Notes under the pieces: model-generated | What the model was told of the DNA's origin: nothing | The model's database searches: none | Seen by the model: the letters and a program-made list of their open reading frames with translations, nothing else | Translations under genes and position numbers: made by a program | DNA from: Chloroflexota bacterium | GTDB taxonomy: Bacteria; Chloroflexota; Dehalococcoidia; SM23-28-2; RBG-16-64-32 | Length of the DNA: 64,000 nt | Direction of reading: 5' to 3' | Assembly: GCA_022574655.1 (NCBI GenBank) | Contig: JACZRQ010000002.1 | Location: 5,696-69,695, forward strand | Shown: one piece after another, positions 10,562-19,921 of the stretch | Layout of the letters: every line of letters begins with the position of its first letter | How positions within the stretch are numbered: the stretch's first letter is position 1

Positions 10562-11245
10562 TTGAAGAGTCTCATCGTCCTACTCTGCCTCGCCTTGGCT
10601 GTAGCTCTGACTGTCACCGCCTGTAGCGGTGACTCCGGCGACGCCGAACGGACTAGCTCCTCATCCGATCTTACAAGCTCGCTCAACTCAATCGACTGTA
10701 GTGCGAACGAGCGTGCGACACTTGGTGAGTTGATGTGGGATGACGTGTTCGCCGAGGGTCTGCTCGAGACGGACAACTGGCTCGTGCGATCCACGGACGC
10801 AAGCGACAGATTCGTCAGCGTCTTTAGGGACGGCGACGTCGTTGGCCAGGTCGAACTCGAGCGCATATCTCTCGATTCAAACTTCAATCCGGCCGAAGGC
10901 ATCGCCACGATGACAGAGTGGGCGAACGAATCCTATGAGTTAACTGAGAGCCAGCGACTCTACACGTACGGCGAGACGTACGTCTTCGAGTCCCGCGATC
11001 CCCAACCGAACCCTGTTGGGTCGTTCTGCGGTATCTCGTTCGGCTCTTCGGGTGCGATTTCCGGCGATGAGGTGTACAGGCTCGCCGCGTTCGCCACGTT
11101 TGACAGCGAGAACATGTACGTTTTCTCGGCCCTATTCGACGCGTCGCGCGGTGACGACGCGGGCTTCGCGGACGGCGCGACACTGGAAGAATACGAGACG
11201 TACCTGCTCGAACTCGCCGCCGTGCTCACCCTTCCTCCTCTGTAG
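10562..11245 (+). CDS. Hypothetical lipoprotein
   Basis: AGGAG RBS then TTG at 10562. Signal peptide MKSLIVLLCLALAVALTVTA-C with lipobox, followed by an acidic Ser-rich linker. Confidence 0.65.
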   Translation: MKSLIVLLCLALAVALTVTACSGDSGDAERTSSSSDLTSSLNSIDCSANERATLGELMWDDVFAEGLLETDNWLVRSTDASDRFVSVFRDGDVVGQVELERISLDSNFNPAEGIATMTEWANESYELTESQRLYTYGETYVFESRDPQPNPVGSFCGISFGSSGAISGDEVYRLAAFATFDSENMYVFSALFDASRGDDAGFADGATLEEYETYLLELAAVLTLPPL

Positions 11246-11335
11246 ACCGACCAGCGTCTCGTCGACAGAGCAGTTCGGCGGAATCACGATCGTTCGGTCT
11301 CTTCAGGAAGTGTTACTGTCGACCGCGGGGGCCGC

Positions 11336-11827
11336 TCAAGTCTCTAGGCCCTCATAGAACGTGTCGCCGCTCACCATAGGCTCCTTCACCCAGTTCGAGT
11401 TCCAGGGCGTTCGGAATAGGAAATTCACGGTAACGTGAGAGGCCAACCAGCGTCCATTGACCTTCCGGTATCGCTCATCGTACGTACCGGCGACCAAGAT
11501 AGCTTCGCCCTGCACGGTCTCCGGATCGAGGAAGTACCAGGTGGCCGTCGCCTCTTCACCAGAGGGGTCGATGTCGATTATCTCGTCCATGTGAAAGTGC
11601 ACGGTGAAAGTGAGGTTCTCCTTGATCGCAGCGAAGAAGTTCCGAATCGCCTCATGTCCCTTGTAGACCCCGAAGTCGGTACAGTCGAACACCGCATCCT
11701 CCGTGAAGAGCGACACGATTCCATCGAGGTCGTATTTGTCGTCCGTATAGCGGGCGTATCGGCTCTTCAGCCTTCGTATTTCTTCCCTGTCCTCGATAGA
11801 CTGGACGCGCTCCTCAAGTGTGGGCAT
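11336..11827 (-). CDS. Nuclear transport factor 2 / SnoaL-like protein (BaiE-like), paralog 1
   Basis: LEERV..IEDREEIRRLK.RYA..TD, LFTEDAVFD and Y.ERYRKVNG.W pattern. GAGGAGG RBS. Confidence 0.88.
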   Translation of the reverse strand: MPTLEERVQSIEDREEIRRLKSRYARYTDDKYDLDGIVSLFTEDAVFDCTDFGVYKGHEAIRNFFAAIKENLTFTVHFHMDEIIDIDPSGEEATATWYFLDPETVQGEAILVAGTYDERYRKVNGRWLASHVTVNFLFRTPWNSNWVKEPMVSGDTFYEGLET

Positions 11828-11913
11828 GACTAACCTCCTCATGCTGAACGCAGATGCACCTAGCGAATCACGTAGACCTCCTCAGGAATGACCGTCCGAC
11901 GGCGTGGGCTGCT

Positions 11914-12426
11914 CTAGGCCTGCTCATAGCGAGGGATAGATTCGGAACCCTCCAAGAAGGTGTTGCCGCTTACGAGCCGCTCTTTCACCCAGTCGGAGTT
12001 CCAATCTATTCGGAAGAGGAAGTTCACCTTCATGTGGGCGACCTTCCACTTGCCATCGACCTTCTTGTACTGGTCCTCGTAGGTTCCGGCGACCAATAGA
12101 GGCTGCCCCTGCACAGTCTCGAAATCGAGGAAATAGCAGCTGCCGGTCGCCGTCTCCCCGGAGGGGTCGATGTCGATTATCTCGTCCGCGTGGTAGTGCA
12201 CGGTAAACGTGAGGTTCTTCTGCATCACGCCGTAGTACTCGCGGATCGCCTCATGGCCCTGGTAGGCGCCAAAGTCGGTACAGTCGAACACCGCGTCCTC
12301 TGTGAACAACGAAACGATCCCGTCCAGGTCGTATTTAGCGTCGGTATAGCGGGCGTACATGCCCTTCAGACGGCGGATTTCTTCCCTATCCTCGATTACC
12401 TGAACGCGTTCCTCAAGTGTGGGCAT
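11914..12426 (-). CDS. NTF2/SnoaL-like protein, paralog 2
   Basis: Highly similar to 11336-11827, with an identical N-terminus (MPTLEERVQ). AAGGAGG RBS. Confidence 0.88.
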   Translation of the reverse strand: MPTLEERVQVIEDREEIRRLKGMYARYTDAKYDLDGIVSLFTEDAVFDCTDFGAYQGHEAIREYYGVMQKNLTFTVHYHADEIIDIDPSGETATGSCYFLDFETVQGQPLLVAGTYEDQYKKVDGKWKVAHMKVNFLFRIDWNSDWVKERLVSGNTFLEGSESIPRYEQA

Positions 12427-12622
12427 GACTACCTCCTTGTGCTGAACAGGTACGCATTGTAGGCGGTGTAGCGAGCCTGCTGACCGAAACTCTATCACAT
12501 CGCCATGTCGATTAGATGGTTGGGTTAGGTCAAGTCCTACGCTAGGATCGCCTCAGGCGCTCTCAGCAGGCCGAGATCACCACGAAACCCGTCGCGAGGT
12601 CCCATAGTCCCATGGGCCCTCT

Positions 12623-12652
12623 GGATCGACCTACCGACCGGTAGGTCGATCC
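12623..12652. promoter_or_regulatory. Perfect 13-bp inverted repeat overlapping an operator-like site
   Basis: GGATCGACCTACC-GACC-GGTAGGTCGATCC contains ACCGACCGGTAGGT (12633-12646) and lies between divergent genes. Confidence 0.7.
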
Positions 12653-12755
12653 TCTGAGCGTTATTATCGATGTGCTTTCGTGGCCCGTTATTTGTGTAAC
12701 ACTCTGGTAACTACGCCGGTGATAGTATTGGGTTCAGATGGAAGGTTAGTCTCCG

Positions 12756-13313
12756 ATGACGCGACTGCTCCTCAAGCTCCCCTGGTTTATCTCCGCCCCG
12801 GCTGTGGTTGCCCTCGCCTTAGTCCTGGCGGTGGGCGGCAACTACATTCTGGGCAGCTCATTCGCGCGGACGTTTCTAGACGAAACGGACCCGCTCGCTA
12901 CCGCGCCGCTTCCAGACGACGGGCAGGCCGCGCGAGACGACCTCGTGGATCCCGGCGATGACGGCGGGTCGGCCTCGGGTTCCGTTCTTGCAACGGGCGA
13001 GTTTATGGACACCACTCTGTATTCGGGAAGTGGCACAGCGAAGGTCATCCAGGCAGCCGACGGCTCGCTCGTGCTTCGGTTCGAAGACTTCTCGGTCTCT
13101 GGAGGCCCCGACTTGTTCGTTATAATGACTACCGACCCGGACGGCGGCTCATCTGACGACGGGCTGGAGATCGACCGTCTGAGGGCGACGGACGGCAACA
13201 TCAACTACGACATCCCGCCGGGAACGGACGTCTCACAGTACGAGAGCGTCATCATCTTCTGCAAGAGGTTGGGGATTACGTTTTCGGTCGCAACGCTGGA
13301 GGTGTTCGAGTGA
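12756..13313 (+). CDS. DM13 domain protein with N-terminal membrane anchor
   Basis: GSGTAKV..., LRFEDFSVSGGPDLFV and GNINYDIP.G.D.SQY.SV.IFC match the DM13 pattern. Confidence 0.85.
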   Translation: MTRLLLKLPWFISAPAVVALALVLAVGGNYILGSSFARTFLDETDPLATAPLPDDGQAARDDLVDPGDDGGSASGSVLATGEFMDTTLYSGSGTAKVIQAADGSLVLRFEDFSVSGGPDLFVIMTTDPDGGSSDDGLEIDRLRATDGNINYDIPPGTDVSQYESVIIFCKRLGITFSVATLEVFE

Positions 13314-13762
13314 GCGACGAAGCAATGAGCGCCGCGAACCCGCTCTCCCGGGCGGCGCTCGCGACGCCGGACGGACTGGATCTCGTTCTGTCGGTCGCTG
13401 GACGCCTAGTCGGAGCTGCTCTCGCTATCTATATCGCGGTCGATCAAACGTACAACCGGACAGAAGTCCTGGCGATCGGTGTGGCCGTCGTCGTCCTGGT
13501 GACGTTCGCGATCGGTGCCGTGACGAAGAGCGCTTGGTTCCCGTCGCTGGGGGCGTCGGTCCTGTTCTTCGGTGGAGCCCTGCTCTGGTTCGACACGGCT
13601 GGAGAAGCCATGGTCGTGGCCGGTACGGTTGCGGCCGTGGGCTCGCTCATCCATACACATCGCGTTGGAGGGCGGGTCGACGCGCCCGTGTCGGCCTTCT
13701 TCGTCGGCTGTGGCCTCACCACGATCGGTGTTTTGGCATTGCTGCTGGCGGTAAAGGGCTAG
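13310..13762 (+). CDS. Hypothetical integral membrane protein
   Basis: About five hydrophobic segments. GTGA overlap with the DM13 gene indicates translational coupling. Confidence 0.7.
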   Translation: MSDEAMSAANPLSRAALATPDGLDLVLSVAGRLVGAALAIYIAVDQTYNRTEVLAIGVAVVVLVTFAIGAVTKSAWFPSLGASVLFFGGALLWFDTAGEAMVVAGTVAAVGSLIHTHRVGGRVDAPVSAFFVGCGLTTIGVLALLLAVKG

Positions 13763-13777
13763 GATCTCTGTCCCCGC

Positions 13778-15058
13778 CTAGACGGCGTAGAGCCTAGTCG
13801 CCTGCTGTCGGAGTTCCGCCCGCAGGTCTGGATGAGCTACCGTGATCAGCTCGCCGATACGTTCCCTTACGGTCTTGCCCCGCAGCGTCGCGACCCCATA
13901 CTCAGTAACGACATAGTCCACGAAGGTCCGGGGCACCGTAACCACCGTGCCCTCTTCCAGCGTCGGAACGATACGTGACCTCAGTTCTCCGTCAATTGTG
14001 TGACTGGACGGCAGCACGGTGATTGAGCGGCCCCCGTGCGAGTATTGTGAGGCGATGGCGAAAGCAGTCTGCCCACCCACACCGCTCCAGACGCGCGTTC
14101 CGATCGTTTCTGATGCGACCTGGCCCGTCAGATCGACGAGCAGCGCGTTGTTCACCGCTACAAGGTTCTCCTCTCGCATAGTGAGCCGAACGTCGTTGAC
14201 GTATCCGAACTCATACAATTCGAACGTTGGGTTCCCATCGATAAGGGCCAGCTCTTCTCGGCGCATCGCTATCAAGGCACTACCGACAACCTTGCCCGGG
14301 TGCAGCGTCTTGTATCTGCCGGTGACCACACCCTTCTCGACGAGATCGGCGATCCCTCCGGTGATGATCTCGGTTTGGATGCCGAGGTCGTGCTTACCAT
14401 CCAAGTACGATGCCAGCGCCGCCGAGACTGTACCTACGCCAATCTGCAGCGTGTCCCGATCATGCACAAGCTCGGAAGCGACAAGCGCCGAGATCACTTC
14501 GGTCACTTGCTGCTCGTCGTCCCGTCGTGGCGGCAGCTGCACTCGTTTCGCCTGTCGGCGCGCCTCGACGAAGTAGTCTATCTGGGAGACATGAACAAAG
14601 TTCCGGCCCCCCGTGCGTATGAAGCCCTCCCGGACTTCGGCGATCACTGATCGAGACCGACGACAAAGCGACGGCGAGAACCAGACCCCTGGGCCAAAGC
14701 TGCAGTATCCGTGTCGATCCGGCGGAGAAACTGACACCAAATATGCATCAGGCTCTTGACCCAGACCCTCGGGAACCTCGTTCTCTTGCCACTTCCCAAC
14801 AGGGAGGTATCCCAGGTACCCGCTGTTTGCCGGCTCTCTATCGGCGGGCGTGGCAAAGAAAGTCGTGATCTGGGGTCTGATATCGTCGTCGCGTTCGAAC
14901 CAGGGGAACAACGAAACCGGGTGATCTATACGCAGTACGGCCAGCAATTCCGGTCGGTCTGACAGGGCGGAGCAGAGAGTATAGGGGGTACAAGTGTAGG
15001 GCGCGACGGCAACGCGACTGCCGGGAGCGATCGTGCCCACGGCCTCCTCGGGCGTCAC
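13778..15058 (-). CDS. Acetyl-CoA hydrolase/transferase family (4-hydroxybutyrate CoA-transferase-like)
   Basis: TLQIGVG, QTE, NNALLVDLTGQV, GVGGQ..F and VVTEYGVA.LRG motifs. Confidence 0.9.
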   Translation of the reverse strand: MTPEEAVGTIAPGSRVAVAPYTCTPYTLCSALSDRPELLAVLRIDHPVSLFPWFERDDDIRPQITTFFATPADREPANSGYLGYLPVGKWQENEVPEGLGQEPDAYLVSVSPPDRHGYCSFGPGVWFSPSLCRRSRSVIAEVREGFIRTGGRNFVHVSQIDYFVEARRQAKRVQLPPRRDDEQQVTEVISALVASELVHDRDTLQIGVGTVSAALASYLDGKHDLGIQTEIITGGIADLVEKGVVTGRYKTLHPGKVVGSALIAMRREELALIDGNPTFELYEFGYVNDVRLTMREENLVAVNNALLVDLTGQVASETIGTRVWSGVGGQTAFAIASQYSHGGRSITVLPSSHTIDGELRSRIVPTLEEGTVVTVPRTFVDYVVTEYGVATLRGKTVRERIGELITVAHPDLRAELRQQATRLYAV

Positions 15059-15150
15059 GAGCTTAACGCCAAGCGAGCTACGCCAGTCTATCGCGTATCG
15101 CCCTCGCTACCGTCTGAATTGGTGTAGTCGCCGCGGTCACCGCTGTTACC

Positions 15151-15197
15151 TTGACACCCTATCCTGAGCGAACATATATTTGTACCGTCCCGTCGGT
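15151..15197 (+). promoter_or_regulatory. Sigma70-type promoter with downstream operator-like palindrome
   Basis: TTGACA (15151-56), N18, TATATT (15175-80), then ACCGTCCCGTCGGT (15184-97), ahead of the 15223-19887 operon. Confidence 0.7.
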
Positions 15198-15222
15198 CGA
15201 GTATAGCAGAGGAGCATTGTCC

Positions 15223-16287
15223 GTGAAGGTTGGCGTATTCCAGCTCATTCCTGGGTCCCCGGAACGGGATCACAGCCAGCTTTATCGAGAGGCGATCGAG
15301 CAAGTCGAATACGCGGAACGGCTCGGTTTCGATTCTGTTTGGCTCGGCGAGCACCATTTCACGAACTACGGAATCTGTCCATCCATCCTGACATTCGCCT
15401 CCTACATTGCCGCAAGAACAGAGCGAATTCGTATCGGTCTCGCCGTCGCCGTGCTTCCCTTCTACCAACCGCTACGCCTCGCGGAGGAAGCGGCGATGGT
15501 GGACGTACTCAGCGGCGGACGACTCGACTTCGGTGTCGGCAGAGGTTACCAGCGGGTTGAGTTCGACGGCTTTGGTGTTTCGCTGGAGGAGAGTCGCGGG
15601 CGTTTCAAAGAGACGTTGGAAATTCTACAGTTGGCTTGGAGCGACGGGCCGTTCTCCTACGACGGCGAATTTTACAAGATCGACAGCGTCGACGTGCTTC
15701 CTAAACCAATTCAGAAACCGGGCCCGCCGATTTACGCGGCAGCGGTCAGTCCTGAGACGGCGGAGGCGATGGCAGAGAAGGGCTATCCGATCATGGTCGG
15801 ACTCACTGACACCGAGAGTGCGATCGCTACCGCGCATACGAGGTATCGAGACAAAAGGCGCGAGGTATACCCGGGCGGGCTGGACCTGGAGCTGCCGGTA
15901 CTCCGCATGATCTACCTATCGCAGGACGGGAAAAGCATTCGAGCCGAAGCGGAACCCGGCTTCAAGAACTACCTCAGCAGCCTGATCACAGAGGGTAGCC
16001 CGGGGGGCAAGACCGGCGAATTTTCGCAGTCGTACGGGTTCTACGAAAAGCATTTCCCGCGGCTGGAAGGACTGACCTACGAGACGGCCGTTGAGCGGAT
16101 GCTCCTGTTCGGGGAACCGGCAGAAATCAGAGAGCGCATCAACGGACTGGAACGCGACATAGGCTTGAACTCGCTGATCTGCTGGTTTAGCTTCGGTCTA
16201 TTGCCGCATGAGAAGGTGATGCGCTCGATGGAGCTGATGGCCGAGCACGTCTTGCCGCACCTCAAGGAGGCACCTATCGCGGGTTGA
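15223..16287 (+). CDS. LLM-class flavin-dependent oxidoreductase
   Basis: GFDSVWLGEHHF, IRIGLAVAVLP and LDFGVGRGY motifs. GAGGAG RBS before GTG 15223. Confidence 0.92.
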   Translation: MKVGVFQLIPGSPERDHSQLYREAIEQVEYAERLGFDSVWLGEHHFTNYGICPSILTFASYIAARTERIRIGLAVAVLPFYQPLRLAEEAAMVDVLSGGRLDFGVGRGYQRVEFDGFGVSLEESRGRFKETLEILQLAWSDGPFSYDGEFYKIDSVDVLPKPIQKPGPPIYAAAVSPETAEAMAEKGYPIMVGLTDTESAIATAHTRYRDKRREVYPGGLDLELPVLRMIYLSQDGKSIRAEAEPGFKNYLSSLITEGSPGGKTGEFSQSYGFYEKHFPRLEGLTYETAVERMLLFGEPAEIRERINGLERDIGLNSLICWFSFGLLPHEKVMRSMELMAEHVLPHLKEAPIAG

Positions 16288-16332
16288 CAGCTCAACCTTC
16301 GGTGGAGTCCGGCAGTTGTTGCACGTGATCCG

Positions 16333-17919
16333 ATGAATACTCTGGAAGAGAACCTGCTTCGAAGGAACGTAGTAGGGGACACCCTTCGCAGGTCGGCCGC
16401 ACGGTATCCGGATAAGACCGCCATCATCTTTCGAGATAAGCACCTGACTTATCGGGAGCTTGACTCGTCGGCCAACCGATGGGCGAACGCGATGCTGGCG
16501 CTCGGGCTGAAACGAGGCGATAGGGTCGTGGTCGTCTCCGGTAACGACGAGCGATTCGTAGTCGTCTACTACGGATTGATGAAAGCCGGCTTGACGATAG
16601 TGCCCGTTAACCCTGGACTCACGGACGACGATATGCAATTCATCGTCAATGGCTCGGGTTCCAACGCGATCGTGGCGGACGATTCGTCCTTGAAGCGCCT
16701 CCTCCAGATGAAAAGCAAGCTATTCACTCTAGAGACATATTTGAGCGTCGACGCTGGTCGCGGAGATGTGCTCGGCTACGAAGAGATCTTGGCCAAAGGC
16801 GAAGAGAACGAACCGGAGGTCGTAATAGAAGACGAGGATGCCTGCCAGATCCTGTACACATCAGGCACCGAAGCGAGGCCCAAAGGGATCATCCTCAGCC
16901 ACCGGGCGATCATGGCCAACTGCAACAACGTCGTGATCGAATTCCCGTTCAGAGTTCAGGATATCGGCTGCCTAGTCTTGCCGCTGCATCACTCTGGTGG
17001 CCTCGACGTATTCCTCTCGCCTCTCATCTATGTGGGTGCGACCATGGTCGTTCTCGGGGGCTTCGATCCGCAGGAGGTGCTAGAAACGATCGAACGTCAC
17101 AAAGTCACCACGTTCTGGGGACTGCCGATCTTCTACCGGGCGATGATGGACGTTCCGGACTTCGACAAGTACGATCTATCGTCTCTCAGGCTATGCACTT
17201 ACCATCTGGCGCCAATTACTACTAATCTGCTGAAAGAAGCGATCGAGAAGTTCGGCTGCGAATTCGGCCTCACCTTCGGTCTTACCGAAATGGGTCCGGT
17301 CACGACCGTATTCCCTCCAGATGCGCAATTCGAGAAGTTTGGCTCGATCGGACGTCCCATCCTCTCGGTCGACCTCAAGATCGTTGACGGAGAGGATAAC
17401 GAAGTCCCGCGAGGCACGGTCGGTGAGATCGTCTATAGGGCGCCTTGCACGATGGACGGGTATCTGGGGCTTGAGGAGAAGAACGTCGAGACGTTCCGAG
17501 GTGGCTGGCTCCACAGTGGCGATCTAGCCTACATGGATGAGGACGGGTACGTGTTCTTCGTCGACCGGAGCAAGGACATCGTCAAGAGTGGCGGTGAGAA
17601 CGTCTCGTCTAGAGAGGTGGAGACCGTCCTTCTGGCCCATAGAGACGTCGAAGACGTAGCGGTCATCGGACTGCCCCACCCGCGCTGGGGAGAAGCGGTC
17701 ACGGCGGTCGTAACGGCGCGCCCGCAAGCGACAATAGACGAGCAAGAGCTGATCCGATATTCTAAGGAGAGACTGGCTGGGTTCAAGGTACCGAAGCAAG
17801 TACTCGTGCTGGATGAGTTGCCGAAGACCGCCACGGGAAAGATCCAGAAGTCCGTAATCCGCCAACGCTTGATAGAAATGAGCAAGCGCGACGCAAAGAC
17901 CCGAGACCGTGACGGCTGA
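16333..17919 (+). CDS. AMP-binding acyl-CoA synthetase / CoA ligase
   Basis: YTSGTEARPKG, GLTE, GWLHSGDL, KSGGENV and LPKTATGKI motifs. Confidence 0.93.
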   Translation: MNTLEENLLRRNVVGDTLRRSAARYPDKTAIIFRDKHLTYRELDSSANRWANAMLALGLKRGDRVVVVSGNDERFVVVYYGLMKAGLTIVPVNPGLTDDDMQFIVNGSGSNAIVADDSSLKRLLQMKSKLFTLETYLSVDAGRGDVLGYEEILAKGEENEPEVVIEDEDACQILYTSGTEARPKGIILSHRAIMANCNNVVIEFPFRVQDIGCLVLPLHHSGGLDVFLSPLIYVGATMVVLGGFDPQEVLETIERHKVTTFWGLPIFYRAMMDVPDFDKYDLSSLRLCTYHLAPITTNLLKEAIEKFGCEFGLTFGLTEMGPVTTVFPPDAQFEKFGSIGRPILSVDLKIVDGEDNEVPRGTVGEIVYRAPCTMDGYLGLEEKNVETFRGGWLHSGDLAYMDEDGYVFFVDRSKDIVKSGGENVSSREVETVLLAHRDVEDVAVIGLPHPRWGEAVTAVVTARPQATIDEQELIRYSKERLAGFKVPKQVLVLDELPKTATGKIQKSVIRQRLIEMSKRDAKTRDRDG

Positions 17920-18028
17920 GTCAGGCTAGAACCCTATATTGCCGCGTGTTGTATTGTAGATTGGCGTAGTAGCGCACGTGCGGTGGTCTTGCTCGCTTAA
18001 ACGGTAGGCGAGCGCAGGAGGATGTCAG

Positions 18029-18373
18029 GTGATTAAATATGTCGCCCTCTGGAAGCTTGGAGAGGGTGTGTCGCCCGAGGAGTTCGAGGCGGAATATCGA
18101 ACCCACGTCGAAGCGGCCGCGAAGAGGATGCCCGGCCTCAGGAAGTACCAAATCGGGAGAGTGCTTTCGGCCAGGGGGTTTGACGACAGCTACTACCGAA
18201 TCGCAGAGCTGTACTTCGATGACGTTGAGTCGCTCAAGAGTGCGATGAATTACCTCACGAGCCTATCGGCCAGCGATCCGGCGAACCCGTCCGGTGCTCG
18301 AGACCTCATGGCCTCGACACTCGCGCTTATCTGCGACGAAGAAACCATCGGCCTACCCAATCAGACGGACTAA
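18029..18373 (+). CDS. EthD family protein
   Basis: MIKYVALW...EEF..Y..H....KRMPGLRKY...YYRIAELYFDDVESL pattern. Confidence 0.8.
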   Translation: MIKYVALWKLGEGVSPEEFEAEYRTHVEAAAKRMPGLRKYQIGRVLSARGFDDSYYRIAELYFDDVESLKSAMNYLTSLSASDPANPSGARDLMASTLALICDEETIGLPNQTD

Positions 18374-18402
18374 GCTGAACTAGCGAAGGATCGACGATAG
18401 AT

Positions 18403-19107
18403 ATGACAAGACGCAAAAGAGCACCAAGGAACTCAGCTACATCAAGAAAGGAACAAATCCTCGATGTAGCGACCAAGCTATTCCACAAGAAGGGATACAC
18501 CGGAGCTTCAGTTCAGAACCTGGCGGACGCCGTCGGAATAAGCAAGGCTACGCTCTACTACCACATCGGGAGCAAGGAACGTCTCTTGTACGAGATCCAT
18601 GAGAGATTCCTCAACGAAGGATTCGAGCTCCTTGAGCCGTTGGAGCAGAGTCCCGATTCTCCCACCAACAAGCTAATCAACTACTTCATTGGTCAATGTC
18701 AACTAACTCACCGACGCGGCCTTGAGATGGCCGTCGCGATGGCGGAGCTGGATCGTCTGTCAACGAGTCGTCGCAAGACGATGGTCGCGAAGCGAGATCA
18801 GTACCTCGACGTCCTCGTCCGCACGCTCCAGGCAGGGGTCGATAGCGGAGAATTCAGGCCGATCGACCCTCGGCTGGGGGCGCTCTGTGTCATGGGCATG
18901 GTCAACTGGCTGCATCGATGGTACCAACGAGACGGTGCGTTGTCCCCAGAAGACCTCGGGAGATTCATGGCCTCCATCGTTCTGAGCGGGTTGTCCGCTG
19001 AACCGACCGCCGCCAACCTGGCAGCCCTCGACGGCTTCGCTGCGCCAAGTGCTATCAGCGACGGCGAGCCTCAGGCCGTCTCCGCGCGAGCGCCTAGCAC
19101 CAGGTAA
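18403..19107 (+). CDS. TetR/AcrR family transcriptional regulator
   Basis: HTH ILDVATKLFHKKGY...ADAVGISKATLYYHIGSKE and C-terminal GMVNWLHRWY..DG.LS (KstR2/PaaR-like). Confidence 0.93.
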   Translation: MTRRKRAPRNSATSRKEQILDVATKLFHKKGYTGASVQNLADAVGISKATLYYHIGSKERLLYEIHERFLNEGFELLEPLEQSPDSPTNKLINYFIGQCQLTHRRGLEMAVAMAELDRLSTSRRKTMVAKRDQYLDVLVRTLQAGVDSGEFRPIDPRLGALCVMGMVNWLHRWYQRDGALSPEDLGRFMASIVLSGLSAEPTAANLAALDGFAAPSAISDGEPQAVSARAPSTR

Positions 19108-19119
19108 CGAGGAGGAGCT

Positions 19120-19887
19120 ATGCCCGGACGTTTGGAAGACAAAGTTGCCCTGATCACCGGGACGGGTGGAGCCCAGGGACGGGTTGCCGTTCAGCTGTTC
19201 ACACGAGAAGGTGCAAAGGTCGTTGGCACCGACATCAGCGGTCGACGTGGTGAAGAGACGTTGGAGCTGGTGCGAGGAGAAGGCCACGACTCAGTCTTTT
19301 ATCGATGTGATCTGGCGGAAGAGACCGAGATCGAGCAACTCGTCGCGTTCGCGCTCGAGTCTTATGGTGGACTGGACATCGTCTACAACAACGCCGCCAG
19401 AGCCAAGTTCGCGCCCTTCGCCGAGCTGACGATGGAAGACTGGCAGTTCACGATCCGAAACGAGATGGACGTCATATTCTTGCTCTGCAAGCGAACGGTA
19501 CCGGTCCTCATCGAGCGAGGAGGCGGATCAATAATCAACGTAGCGTCCATCGGGGGCGTGGTGGGCATGCCGGGGCTTGGGAACGTGGCGCACGGCGCGG
19601 CCAAAGCAGGGGTCATTGGACTAACGAAGAATCTCGCTGTCGAAGTTCGGGACAAAGGGATCAGAGTCAACGCCATCGCTCCCGGCATTATCGACACCCC
19701 TGGGGCGGCGCAGGCGGCAGGCTGGGACGATCCCGAGATCTGGGCTGCACTTACGCTGAAGCCATTGACGCACAAGGCCGGACAGCCAGAAGACGTCGTC
19801 AACTGCGCACTCTACCTGGCGTCCGACGAGTCGAGCTACGTCACAGGCTCGGTCTTTACGATCGACGATGGCTGGGCCGCCTGGTAG
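19120..19887 (+). CDS. SDR oxidoreductase
   Basis: TGTGGAQG and NNAA motifs. HGAAK at the YxxxK position. Confidence 0.88.
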   Translation: MPGRLEDKVALITGTGGAQGRVAVQLFTREGAKVVGTDISGRRGEETLELVRGEGHDSVFYRCDLAEETEIEQLVAFALESYGGLDIVYNNAARAKFAPFAELTMEDWQFTIRNEMDVIFLLCKRTVPVLIERGGGSIINVASIGGVVGMPGLGNVAHGAAKAGVIGLTKNLAVEVRDKGIRVNAIAPGIIDTPGAAQAAGWDDPEIWAALTLKPLTHKAGQPEDVVNCALYLASDESSYVTGSVFTIDDGWAAW

Positions 19888-19921
19888 TTGAACCCGACTT
19901 TTCTACCAGCGCGAAGTCTAT

